Shown: positions 38,775 through 47,619 of the stretch, piece after piece | Position numbering within the stretch: the stretch's first letter is position 1 | Layout: each line of letters begins with the position of its first letter | From: an uncultured Thermoanaerobaculia bacterium | GTDB taxonomy: Bacteria; Acidobacteriota; Thermoanaerobaculia; Multivoradales; JAGPDF01 | Assembly: GCA_964618415.1 (NCBI GenBank) | Contig: CAZUAT010000006.1 | Coordinates: 1,025-65,024, forward strand | Direction of reading: 5' to 3' | DNA length: 64,000 nucleotides | Notes under the pieces: generated by a model | The model's database searches: none | What the model saw: only the letters and a program-made list of their open reading frames with translations | What the model was told of the DNA's origin: nothing | Made by a program: the position numbers and the translations under genes

Positions 38775-40946
38775 TTACCTCCCGGCGGCCGACGGACCGG
38801 TGGCCGTTCCGGTCGGCGCCGGAACCGGGAAGCCGCGGCTGCGCAGCAGCGCCCCGATGCCGGCGTCACGCCCGCGGAAAGCCCGGTAGCCGTCCGCCGC
38901 GTCCACGGTGTTGCCGACCGAGAGCACCCGGTCGCGCAGCCGGCTCGCGACCTCCCGATCCCACGGGCCGCCCGCCTCTCCGAACGCCTCCCACGCGTCC
39001 GCGGTCAGCGTGTCGGCCCAGAGGTAGCTGTAGTAGCCGGCCGAGTACGAGTCGCTCGAGAAGAGGTGCGAGAAGTGCGGCAGCCGGTGGCGCATTACGA
39101 TCTCGCCCGGCATACCGATGCGCTCGAGCGCCTGGCGTTCGAAGGCGTCGGGGTCGATCGGTTTGCCTGCCGCCAGATGGAGCTGCATGTCGACCAGGGC
39201 GCTGGCCAGGTACTCGACGGTCGCGAAACCCTGATTGAACGTGGACGCGCGCTCCAGCCGCTCGACGAGGTCGCGCGGAATCGCGGCGCCGGTGGTCGCG
39301 TGGCGGGCGAAGCGGTCCAGCACCTCGGGCGTCGAGAGCCAGTTCTCGAGCAGCTGCGAGGGAAACTCGACGTAGTCGCGCGGCACTGCGGTGCCGGCAA
39401 GGCTCGGATAGCTGACGTTCGAAAGCAGGCCGTGCACGGCGTGGCCGAACTCGTGGAAGAGCGTCTCGGCATCGTCCCAGCTGATCAGCACGGGCTCGCC
39501 GGGCTTGCCCTTCACGAAGTTCGAGTTGTTCGAGACGATCGTGGTCACCTCTGCGTCCAGGCGCTCCTGGCGCCGGTAGGTGGCCATCCAGGCGCCCGAG
39601 CGCTTGCCCGGGCGCGCGAACGGATCGAAGTACCAGAGGCCCACCTGCCGCTGCCCGCCGGTGCGCAGGTCGACCACCTTCCACACCCGGATGTCGGGAT
39701 GCGCGACCGGCAGATCGCGCACCTCGACGAAGCCGAGCCCGAACAGCTCCCCGGCGACGTGGAACATCCCTTCACGCAGCAGATCGAGCTGCATGTAGGG
39801 ACGCACGCTGTCGGCGTCGAACGCGTAGCGCTCGGAGCGCACCTTCTCGGCATAGAACCGGTAGTCCCACGGCTCGATACGGAACCGCGGCGTGCCGGCG
39901 GCATCGGCCTCGCGATCGGCGATCGCCTGCATGTCGGCGACCTCCTCGCGCACCCGGGCCACGGCCGGCGCCCAGACCGCGTCCATGAGTTCCATCGCCC
40001 GCTCCGGCGTCCCCGCCATCGTGTTGCCGAGTCGCCAGTGGGCGTGCGTATCGAAGCCCAGCAGGAGCGCCCGCTCGTGACGCAGGGCCAGGATGTCGGC
40101 GATGACGCCGTTGTTGTCGTGGCTGTCCCCGTTGTCCGCGCGGCTGTAGTAGGTGCGCCAGACCTTCTCGCGCAGGTCGCGGCGCGTCGACCAGGCCAGG
40201 AACGGCTCGACCGACGAGCGCGTGTTGGCCACCGCGTGCGCGGCCTTGCGGCCGCGCTCGGAAGCCACAGCCGCCGCGCCCGCGAGCACCGATTCCGGCA
40301 GCCCGGCGACATCGTCGGGAGCCAGGTCGAGCACGTAGTCGGTCTCGTCGGCGAGCACGTTCTGACGGAAGGTCGCAAAGAGGCTGGCGAGCCGCTGATT
40401 GATCGCCGCGAGCCGCGCCTTGGCCTCCGGCGCCAGACGCGCTCCGGCGCGCACGAACCGGTCGTGATGGAACCAGGCCAGGCGCTGCTGCTCGGCGTCG
40501 AGCCCGGCGCTGTCGCGGGCCTCGTAGACCGCCTCCAGCCGGGCGAACAGGCGGGCGTTCTGGAAGATGGCGTCGTCGAGTGCGGCCATGCGGGGAGCAA
40601 ACTCCCGCTCCACCGCCTGCAGCTCGGAAGAGGACAGCGTGCCCGCGTAGACGCTGAACACCGCCTGGACGCGGTCGAGCTGGCGGCCCGCCCGCTCGAG
40701 CGCCAGCACGACGTTGTCGAAGCTCGGCGGCGTGGGGTCGGCGGCGATCGCCTCGATCTCGATCAGCTTGGCCGCCATCGCCGCCTCGAGCGCCGGCGCA
40801 AACTGCTCGACGCGGACGGAATCGAACGGCGGCGCGCCACCGTGCGGGCCGGCCCACGGAGCGAGCAGCGGGTTGGCCGTCGCCGGGGCCGCGGTGGCCA
40901 GGAGGGCCGCGGACAGGCCGAGGCGGGTCAGCATCGCATGATCCAT
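38775..40946 (-). CDS. dcp: peptidyl-dipeptidase Dcp (M3 family)
   Basis: ORF 38775..41012, using the start MDHAMLTRLGLSAALLATAAPATA (ATG 40946, with GGAGGAG upstream). It has the HEFGH zinc motif and M3-type sequence throughout. The stop is TAA. Confidence 0.9.
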   Translation of the reverse strand: MDHAMLTRLGLSAALLATAAPATANPLLAPWAGPHGGAPPFDSVRVEQFAPALEAAMAAKLIEIEAIAADPTPPSFDNVVLALERAGRQLDRVQAVFSVYAGTLSSSELQAVEREFAPRMAALDDAIFQNARLFARLEAVYEARDSAGLDAEQQRLAWFHHDRFVRAGARLAPEAKARLAAINQRLASLFATFRQNVLADETDYVLDLAPDDVAGLPESVLAGAAAVASERGRKAAHAVANTRSSVEPFLAWSTRRDLREKVWRTYYSRADNGDSHDNNGVIADILALRHERALLLGFDTHAHWRLGNTMAGTPERAMELMDAVWAPAVARVREEVADMQAIADREADAAGTPRFRIEPWDYRFYAEKVRSERYAFDADSVRPYMQLDLLREGMFHVAGELFGLGFVEVRDLPVAHPDIRVWKVVDLRTGGQRQVGLWYFDPFARPGKRSGAWMATYRRQERLDAEVTTIVSNNSNFVKGKPGEPVLISWDDAETLFHEFGHAVHGLLSNVSYPSLAGTAVPRDYVEFPSQLLENWLSTPEVLDRFARHATTGAAIPRDLVERLERASTFNQGFATVEYLASALVDMQLHLAAGKPIDPDAFERQALERIGMPGEIVMRHRLPHFSHLFSSDSYSAGYYSYLWADTLTADAWEAFGEAGGPWDREVASRLRDRVLSVGNTVDAADGYRAFRGRDAGIGALLRSRGFPVPAPTGTATGPSAAGR

Positions 40947-41045
40947 TTCTGCGCTCTCCTCCGGATCGGCCCCGGTCGCGAGCCGCGCCGGGTCCAGACG
41001 TCGATCGGTCATCCAGGGGATTCTACGTCCGCGGCGACAATCGGT

Positions 41046-43109
41046 TCAGGCGAGGTCCGGCCGAGTGTCGGTACGCTCCTGGAACGGTCGGGCGGTGTCG
41101 AGCAGCCGTTCGAACTCGTCGAGCGGCAGCGGTCGACTGAACAGGAAGCCCTGCATGCGGTCGCAGTGCAGCATCTCGAGCACCGCCATCTGCCCTTCCT
41201 CCTCCACTCCCTCGGCCACCACCTCGAGTCCCAGCCCGTGTGCGAGCTGGACGACGGCACCGACGATGCGGGAGTCGCGAGGCCGGCGTCCCAGGTCGCG
41301 GATGAACGACGAGTCGAGCTTGACGATCTCGATCGGCAGCTCGCGCAGATAGGACAGCGACGAGTACCCGGTGCCGAAATCGTCGACCGCCACGCGGGTA
41401 CCGCGCGCCCGCAGTTCGGCCAGCCCGGGCACCGGATCGTGGACCTGCAGGAGCGCCATCGTCTCGGTGATTTCGAGTTCCAGAGCGTGCGCGGGCAGCC
41501 CGGTCTCGGCGAGCACCGCGGCGACCCGGGTCGCCAGCCAGGGATCCTCGAACGCGCGCGCAGTCAGGTTCACCGCCACGCGCAGGTCGCCGCCGAACCG
41601 CCGCCGCCATGCGGCCGCCGCCGCGCAGGCGTTGCGCAGCACCCAGTGGCTGATCGCGTCGCTGACTTCAGCGCTCTCGGACGCGAACAGGAACTCCGGC
41701 GGCGAGAGCAGCCCGCGCTCGGGGTGCCGCAACCGCAGCAGTGCCTCCGCGCCGACGATCTCGCCGCTGCCGCAGCGTACGATCGGCTGGAAGCGCAGCT
41801 CGAGGTCGCTCTCGAGCCGTCCTTCTCGCAACGCCTGCTCGAGCGCGAACGGCTCGCGGGAGGCCTCGATGCGGGCGGCATCCCAGATCTCGACCCGCCC
41901 TCCTCCGGCCGCCTTGGCGCGGCTCATCGCGGCGTCGGCTTTGCGCAGGAGGATGGCCGCTTCGACTCCGTGCTCGGGGCAGAGCGCCACCCCGATGCTG
42001 GCCTCCGGCTGCAGCTGGTGCCCCCCGACGCGCAACGGCTCCTGCACGCGCTCGAGCAGCGCTCGCGCGCGGGCTTCGGCGCGCTCCGCCTCCCGCGTCC
42101 CTGGCAGCAGCATCGCGAACTCGTCGGCCCCCAGGCGGGCGACCATCTCTCCCTCGCCCGCGCTTCTGAGCAACCGGTCCGACACGGCGGCGAGCACCTG
42201 GTCCCCGGCCTCGTGCCCGGCCCGCTCGTTGATTGCCCGGAAGCGGTCGAGGTCGATCGAGATCAACGCACCGCCGGCGCTGTCGCCGCTCATTCGCGAA
42301 AGCCAGCCACGCAACCGCTCGACGAACAGCTGGCGATTGGGCAGACCGGTGACCGGATCGAAGAACGCGAGTCGTTCGATCTGCCGCGACGCCTCCCGCA
42401 GGCGATACTGCTCTTCCTCGAGCAGCCAGACGACGATCCCGACCCCCAGCGTGCCGGTGAGCAGGCCGTTGACCGGCACGTCGATGGCGATCGGCAGCGC
42501 CTCGATCCAGCCGGCGACCGCGGCAAAGTGCAGCAGCTGCTGAGCGCCCTTGGCGATGAACGCGAAGCGGACGAAGCCGGGCCCCGACTCAGCCTTGGAG
42601 CGACCGTGAGCAACGCGCGCCAGCACCAGTCCGGCGCCCAGCAGCGCGATGCCGATCACCAGCGCGCGGACGCCCACCCGCACCAGGTGCCGTTCCGCCG
42701 AGGCACCGGGTTCGAAGGCCCACAGCAGCGTGGTCGCCAGGCCGAGCGCCAAGAGGATGCCGAGAATCAGCTGCTGGCCCCGCCGCGACAGCGCCCGCCC
42801 GGTGGCGATCGACGCCGCGCCCATCAACAGCAGGGCGGCGTGCCAATAGCCGCCGATCGAGTAAATCGAGCCGGTCAACAGGCGCAGCGGATCGCCGGCC
42901 GGCACCGCCTCCATGCGGGCCACCGACCAGGCGGCGGCGAGCGAGGCCGCTGCGATCGCCATCCAGGCCCCGGCCCAGTCGCGCAGATAGCCGCGACCGA
43001 TCCGCCGGTAAAAGCGCAGCAGCAGGACTGCCATCACCAGCGAGAACAGCGCGTGGCTGGCCAGTCCCGCGACTCCGATCAGAACCTCCGGTCGCAGGCT
43101 TTCGTCCAT
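41046..43109 (-). CDS. membrane-anchored GGDEF(degenerate)-EAL protein
   Basis: ORF of 687 aa with about 7 N-terminal TM segments. The GGDEF motif is degenerate (RLGADEFAMLL). The EAL domain looks intact (EALLRLRHPERG, DDFGTGYSSLSYL). Confidence 0.9.
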   Translation of the reverse strand: MDESLRPEVLIGVAGLASHALFSLVMAVLLLRFYRRIGRGYLRDWAGAWMAIAAASLAAAWSVARMEAVPAGDPLRLLTGSIYSIGGYWHAALLLMGAASIATGRALSRRGQQLILGILLALGLATTLLWAFEPGASAERHLVRVGVRALVIGIALLGAGLVLARVAHGRSKAESGPGFVRFAFIAKGAQQLLHFAAVAGWIEALPIAIDVPVNGLLTGTLGVGIVVWLLEEEQYRLREASRQIERLAFFDPVTGLPNRQLFVERLRGWLSRMSGDSAGGALISIDLDRFRAINERAGHEAGDQVLAAVSDRLLRSAGEGEMVARLGADEFAMLLPGTREAERAEARARALLERVQEPLRVGGHQLQPEASIGVALCPEHGVEAAILLRKADAAMSRAKAAGGGRVEIWDAARIEASREPFALEQALREGRLESDLELRFQPIVRCGSGEIVGAEALLRLRHPERGLLSPPEFLFASESAEVSDAISHWVLRNACAAAAAWRRRFGGDLRVAVNLTARAFEDPWLATRVAAVLAETGLPAHALELEITETMALLQVHDPVPGLAELRARGTRVAVDDFGTGYSSLSYLRELPIEIVKLDSSFIRDLGRRPRDSRIVGAVVQLAHGLGLEVVAEGVEEEGQMAVLEMLHCDRMQGFLFSRPLPLDEFERLLDTARPFQERTDTRPDLA

Positions 43110-43210
43110 CGGGTGGGCGGATTCTATGACCGGGCGGCCCGGCGCGGATGCCGCTGGCCGGAAGGCGTCCGGGCGGCCGAGGACCGCGGGGCCTGTGATG
43201 AAATGCCGCC

Positions 43211-44539
43211 ATGCCGCAGCGTGCCTCCCGCATCTTCGTTCTCGACACCTCGGTCATCCTTTACGACGCAAATGCCATCTTCAGCTTCAAGGAGCACGAC
43301 GTGGCGATTCCGCTCACCGTGCTCGAGGAGCTCGACCAGTTCAAGAAGGGCGACACGGTCGTCAATCTGCAGGCACGCGAGTTCATCCGCCACCTCGACA
43401 AGCTCTCTCGCCACGACCTCCTGCAGGAGTGGATCCCGCTCGACGGGCCGGACCTCGGCCGGATGCGGGTCGTGCGCGAGGACTCGGCGGCGGTCGATGC
43501 CCGCGCCCTTTTCGGGTCGGACAAGAACGACCATCGCATCCTGAATGCCGCGCTGGCGCTCACCGAAAGGGAGCCGGACCGCGACGTCATCCTGGTCTCG
43601 AAGGACATCAACCTGCGCATCAAGGCGCGCGCCCTCAGCTTGCGGGCCGAGGACTACGAAACCGTCCGTGTACAGGACGTCGACCACTTGTACCGCGGCA
43701 AGTCGGAGATCGACCTCGACGACCCGGCTCCGGTCCAGAAGCTCTACGCCGAGGGCGCGATCGACCCGGGGGAGGTCGGCGCCGAGGCCCCGCTCGCCAA
43801 CCACTACTTCATCCTCAAGAGCCCGCAGAACTCGGCGCTCGTCTGGTTGAATCCCGCCAGCGGCCTGCTCGAGCGCGTCCACAAGGTGCCGGCATACGGC
43901 ATCTCGCCGCGCAACGCGGAGCAGACGTTCGCGCTGCACGCCATCCTGAATCACCACGTCCCGCTGGTCTCGATCTCGGGCAAGGCCGGAACGGGCAAGA
44001 CGCTGCTCGCACTCGCGGGAGCGCTGGAGCGGCGGCGGGACTTCCGGCAGATCTACCTGGCGCGACCCCTGGTACCGCTCTCGAACAAGGACATCGGCTA
44101 CCTGCCGGGCGACATCAAGTCGAAGATCAACCCGTACATGGCGCCGCTGTGGGACAACCTGTCGGTGATCAAGCACCAGTTCGACGAGAAGGAGCGGGAC
44201 TTCAAGCGCCTGGACGAGATGGTCGAGGCCGAGAAGCTCCACATCACGCCGCTCGCCTACATCCGCGGCCGCAGCTTTTCGAACATCATGTTCATCGTCG
44301 ACGAGGCGCAGAACCTCACGCCGCACGAGGTGCGCACGATCATCACCCGCGCCGGCGAAGGCACCAAGATGATCTTCACCGGCGACATCTTCCAGATCGA
44401 CACGCCGTACCTCGACGCCCAGTCCAACGGACTCTCCTACCTGATCGATCGCGTCAAGGGCAATCGCCTGTACGCCCACGTCAACCTGGACAAGGGCGAA
44501 CGCAGCGAGCTGGCCGACCTGGCCAGCATGATGCTCTGA
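43211..44539 (+). CDS. PIN-domain / PhoH-like ATPase (YlaK-type)
   Basis: ORF of 442 aa with an N-terminal PIN domain (FVLDTSVILYD...). It has Walker A GKAGTGKT and Walker B IVDEAQN. Confidence 0.92.
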   Translation: MPQRASRIFVLDTSVILYDANAIFSFKEHDVAIPLTVLEELDQFKKGDTVVNLQAREFIRHLDKLSRHDLLQEWIPLDGPDLGRMRVVREDSAAVDARALFGSDKNDHRILNAALALTEREPDRDVILVSKDINLRIKARALSLRAEDYETVRVQDVDHLYRGKSEIDLDDPAPVQKLYAEGAIDPGEVGAEAPLANHYFILKSPQNSALVWLNPASGLLERVHKVPAYGISPRNAEQTFALHAILNHHVPLVSISGKAGTGKTLLALAGALERRRDFRQIYLARPLVPLSNKDIGYLPGDIKSKINPYMAPLWDNLSVIKHQFDEKERDFKRLDEMVEAEKLHITPLAYIRGRSFSNIMFIVDEAQNLTPHEVRTIITRAGEGTKMIFTGDIFQIDTPYLDAQSNGLSYLIDRVKGNRLYAHVNLDKGERSELADLASMML

Positions 44540-44543
44540 GTTC

Positions 44544-45254
44544 TCAGGCGACCGGCGCGGCCCCGCGCGCCCGGGCGAGCAGGCGCGCCCGGCGGCTGCC
44601 CATGCGATAGCCCAGCACGCCGTGGACCGGTCCGAGCACGGCGTAGAACATGCCGGCCAGGCCGACGGTACGCTCGGGCAGCAGCAGCGCCAGACTGATC
44701 GCGATCAGGCCGACGATCGTCGTGGCCGCGTGGCGAGCGAGTCCCGCCAGAGCGTCGTGGGCGGCCAGCTCGTCGAGCTCGAGTTGGACCCGCTGGCGCC
44801 ACACGCGGAAATAGAGCGCCATCAGGCCGAGGAAGACCGCCACGAATCCGATGCCGTAGACGACGAGCAGCCGGCGGCCGTCGCCGAGCACGGCAGCCGC
44901 CTCGGGTTGCGGCCCGAGCCCGGTCCACATCGCCACCAGTCCACTGAACAGGAACTTCAGCGGAAAGACGTAGAAGAGCACGACGAACAGCAGGACGGCG
45001 TTGAGCGTGATCGTGACCCCGTCCTCGCGGCCGAAGCGGCGGAAGAACAGGAAGTGCTCGTACCAGACCCAGACGATGAACGCGAAGCAGATGCCGAAGG
45101 CGAGAAAGCCTTCCATCGTCTCGAGCAGCTCGTGAAAGCTCGACGGGACCTCGAGAGAGACCACCAGCAGTGTAAGTGCGAACGCGAACACCGCGTCGCT
45201 GAACCCCTCGACGCGCGAGACCTCCCGTCCCGACCCGGGTCGTAGCGTGAGCAT
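44544..45254 (-). CDS. TMEM175/DUF1211-family potassium channel-like protein
   Basis: ORF of 236 aa with the hallmark RVEGFSDAVFAFALTLLV and six TM segments. Confidence 0.8.
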   Translation of the reverse strand: MLTLRPGSGREVSRVEGFSDAVFAFALTLLVVSLEVPSSFHELLETMEGFLAFGICFAFIVWVWYEHFLFFRRFGREDGVTITLNAVLLFVVLFYVFPLKFLFSGLVAMWTGLGPQPEAAAVLGDGRRLLVVYGIGFVAVFLGLMALYFRVWRQRVQLELDELAAHDALAGLARHAATTIVGLIAISLALLLPERTVGLAGMFYAVLGPVHGVLGYRMGSRRARLLARARGAAPVA

Positions 45255-45315
45255 CGATGCCTCTCTCTCCGGAAGGGTTCAGCCTATGCCAGCGGCCGCC
45301 CCCCGTTCGGCCAGA

Positions 45316-45356
45316 TTTCTACCCTGGTTGACACTTTCTACCGTTCCACCTATCCT
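45316..45356 (+). promoter_or_regulatory. sigma70-like promoter (TTGACA, 17 nt spacer, TATCCT) with two TTTCTACC direct repeats; candidate vapBC promoter and operator
   Basis: The -35 is at 45328-45333 and the -10 at 45351-45356. TTTCTACC occurs at 45316-45323 and 45335-45342, flanking the -35. This is a locally AT-richer patch about 75 nt upstream of the vapB ATG, which has an AAGGAGG SD. Confidence 0.5.
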
Positions 45357-45433
45357 AACGAGGCGATCCCTCGCGGGCAGGAGCGGGCAGGCGGGCGCCG
45401 GCAGATCCGGCGTCGGACCAAGGAGGTGGCAGC

Positions 45434-45667
45434 ATGGCGCTCAACATCAAGAATCCTCACGTCGAGAGCCTGGCTACGGAAGTCGCCGAGCTGACCGGCG
45501 AGTCGAAGACCGAGGCGATCCGCCGCGCGCTCGAGGAGCGCCGACAGCGCCTCTCGTTTCAGGTCGTTCACGAGAACCGTGCCGAGGAACTGCGCTCGTT
45601 CCTCGAGCGCGAGGTCTGGTCGGTGATCCGCGCCCGCTCGGCCGGTCGCCGTCTTGCTTCGCGCTGA
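45434..45667 (+). CDS. vapB: VapB-type antitoxin (Rv0623/PSK-like N-terminus)
   Basis: ORF of 77 aa reading MALNIKNPHVESLATEVAELTGESKTEAIRRALEERRQRL..., which is typical of this antitoxin family. It ends 73 nt before vapC and lacks the usual ILGYxxxG tail. Confidence 0.75.
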   Translation: MALNIKNPHVESLATEVAELTGESKTEAIRRALEERRQRLSFQVVHENRAEELRSFLEREVWSVIRARSAGRRLASR

Positions 45668-45740
45668 GCCGCGCCGCCCTGCCGCACCCGCAACGCTCTC
45701 CCCGCCCCGGCAGCCCCGGAGTCCGCCCCGCCTCGCGCCG

Positions 45741-46139
45741 ATGATCGTCGACTCCTCCGCCGTCACCGCCATCTTCCTGCGCCGCCCCGGCCACGAACGC
45801 CTGCTGGCAGCGCTCGCCGGCACGCAGCGCGCCGGCATCGGCGCGCCCACGCTCGTCGAGGCCGGCTGCGAGCTGGCCGCGGCGACGGGGCACGACCTCG
45901 GCGGCCTGCTGGCGCGGTTCATTCAGGAGTTCGACATCGAAGTCGTGCCGTTCAGCGAGGCGCACGCCCGCGCCGCCGCCGAGGCGTGGCGGCGTCACGG
46001 TCCCGGCCACGGGCGGGCCGGCCTGGACTTCGGGGACTGCCTCGCCTACGCCGTCGCGCGCCTGGCGCGCAAGCCGCTGCTCGCCGCCGACGATCGATTT
46101 ACGCGCGCCGGCCTGGACGGCGCCGACAGCACGCACTGA
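45741..46139 (+). CDS. vapC: PIN-domain toxin VapC
   Basis: Inner part of ORF 45654..46139, starting at MIVDSSAVTAIF. Acidic PIN residues are present (D4, E in TLVEAG, FGDCLAYA). Confidence 0.85.
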   Translation: MIVDSSAVTAIFLRRPGHERLLAALAGTQRAGIGAPTLVEAGCELAAATGHDLGGLLARFIQEFDIEVVPFSEAHARAAAEAWRRHGPGHGRAGLDFGDCLAYAVARLARKPLLAADDRFTRAGLDGADSTH

Positions 46140-46173
46140 GCGCGTCGGCACCCCGGGGACGGTTCGCCGCCTC

Positions 46174-47610
46174 GTGCATACTTCGGGTGTCGTGCGCGAG
46201 ACTCCGGCCGCACCCCGCCTGGCGCCCTGCCTGACGCTGCTTGCCGCAGCCGTCGCTCTGAGTGCGGCGGCGACCGGAGGCTCCACACCTGCGCCGGCCG
46301 AGGTCGTCCTTCGCCTGCGGGTAAGCCCGGCAGAAACCGCGCCGGCGCGCCGATTCGAGCTGACGGCGGCCGCGCCCGCCGAGGTCAGCGCGCTGCGTGT
46401 CGAGCTTGCAGGCAGCGAGGTCACACGCCTCGACCGGCGGCCGTTCGCCACAACTCTGCGGCTGCCCGATCTCGGCCGACCACACTGGCTGATCGTGGTG
46501 GCACTCGACGCCGAGGGCCGCGAGATCGGCTGGGAGGGTCGATACCTGCGCAGCCCCGAGGACCGGCCGGCAGCGCATCTGCGGCCGACAGCGGACGGCG
46601 GACTCGCGGTGCTGATCGAGGCGACGCGCGGCGACCATGTCGTCGCCGTCGAACTGGTCGATTCGACCCGCACACTGGCGCGGCGCACCCGGCCCCCGTG
46701 GCGCTTCCGAGACGAGGAAATGGCGACCGCGGGTGAGCCGGCAGGCGCTCCGCCGGGGGTGAGGATCTGGTTCGAGCGCGGCTCACCGCTCGAGCTCTGG
46801 CAGCTGCCCGCCGAGGTCGGCGAGTCGATCGACGTGCGGCTCGGCCAGGCACGGCTGATCGTGCCGGCCGAGACGGTGAAGCCGAGCCGCGAAACCGTCC
46901 GCGCGCTCTGGCGAAGTCGCGAGCAGCGCGTCCTGCGCGTGGTCGGCGGACCGGACGAATCACTCGAGATCGGGCTGCTCGTGGATGTCTCGACGAGCAC
47001 GGCGAGCCATTTCGAAGCGTTCCGCCGCGCCGCAACGCGCAGCGCGGCGACGGTGGCCGGTCCGTCCGACCGGCTGTTCGTCGCCGAGTTCGCCGGCACC
47101 TCACGGCTGCTCGCTTCCGGGCGCGGCCGCGTCGCGGAGGTGCTCGGCGCGCTGCCGGCGGCCGGCGGCCAGGGCGCCTCGGCGGTGTCGCCCGCGGTCG
47201 CCTGGGCGCTCAGTCAGTTCCACGGCGATGACGCGCGGGCGGCGCTGCTGGTGGTTTCCGACGGCTGCGAAACCACGCCGCGCACGAGCATCGGTCGGTT
47301 CGTGCCACTGGCTCGCGAGCGTGGCATCCCGGTGCACCTGCTGCGGCAGAGCGGTGACTGCCCGGTTCCGGCATCCCGGTCTCCGGGCACCGTCACGCCG
47401 CCCCGCGTCCTCGCGCAGCAGCAGCGGGACGACCTCGAGCGCGCCGTGCGGGCCACGGGCGGCGAGGTGCACGTCTTTACCGACGAGGCCGCCCTCGAGG
47501 CGCGGCTCGACGGCCTCGTCGCCGCGCTGCGCCGTCAGTGGCTGGTGGTGTTCGAGCCGGAGTCGGACGCAGTCGACAGCCGTGACGTCCGCGTCGAGCT
47601 GCGGCACTGA
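46174..47610 (+). CDS. VWA-domain protein (resembles the 'VWFA-related acidobacterial domain' family)
   Basis: ORF of 478 aa with a signal peptide and a VWA core (IGLLVDVSTSTASHF...LLVVSDGCETT...GIPVHLL). The C-terminus reads LRRQWLVVFEP. Confidence 0.7.
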   Translation: MHTSGVVRETPAAPRLAPCLTLLAAAVALSAAATGGSTPAPAEVVLRLRVSPAETAPARRFELTAAAPAEVSALRVELAGSEVTRLDRRPFATTLRLPDLGRPHWLIVVALDAEGREIGWEGRYLRSPEDRPAAHLRPTADGGLAVLIEATRGDHVVAVELVDSTRTLARRTRPPWRFRDEEMATAGEPAGAPPGVRIWFERGSPLELWQLPAEVGESIDVRLGQARLIVPAETVKPSRETVRALWRSREQRVLRVVGGPDESLEIGLLVDVSTSTASHFEAFRRAATRSAATVAGPSDRLFVAEFAGTSRLLASGRGRVAEVLGALPAAGGQGASAVSPAVAWALSQFHGDDARAALLVVSDGCETTPRTSIGRFVPLARERGIPVHLLRQSGDCPVPASRSPGTVTPPRVLAQQQRDDLERAVRATGGEVHVFTDEAALEARLDGLVAALRRQWLVVFEPESDAVDSRDVRVELRH

Positions 47611-47619
47611 GCCCGGCGC

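Noticed and set aside
37725-43544. A very long plus-strand ORF (1939 aa), plus other long ORFs that run antisense to or overlap the genes called here. Examples are 51..1985 +, 5802..9245 +, 9855..12527 +, 9964..12675 -, 17090..19285 +, 27196..29181 -, 31813..34161 +, 24655..26802 - and 62031..63881 -.
   Set aside because: Their translations are R/A/G/P-rich low-complexity strings with no recognisable motifs. Each lies opposite or out of frame to a gene with clear family signatures. In DNA of about 70% GC, stop codons are rare in all frames, so such ORFs are expected artefacts.
45640-45744. Possible frameshift in vapB. A different frame stays open from before 45640 to a TGA that overlaps the vapC ATG (ATGA), as expected for coupled TA genes.
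   Set aside because: The alternative-frame peptide (…PLGRSPSCFALSRAALPHPQRSPRPGSPGVRPASRR) does not resemble the conserved antitoxin C-terminus. Open frames of this length are common at this GC content, so a frameshift cannot be supported from sequence alone.
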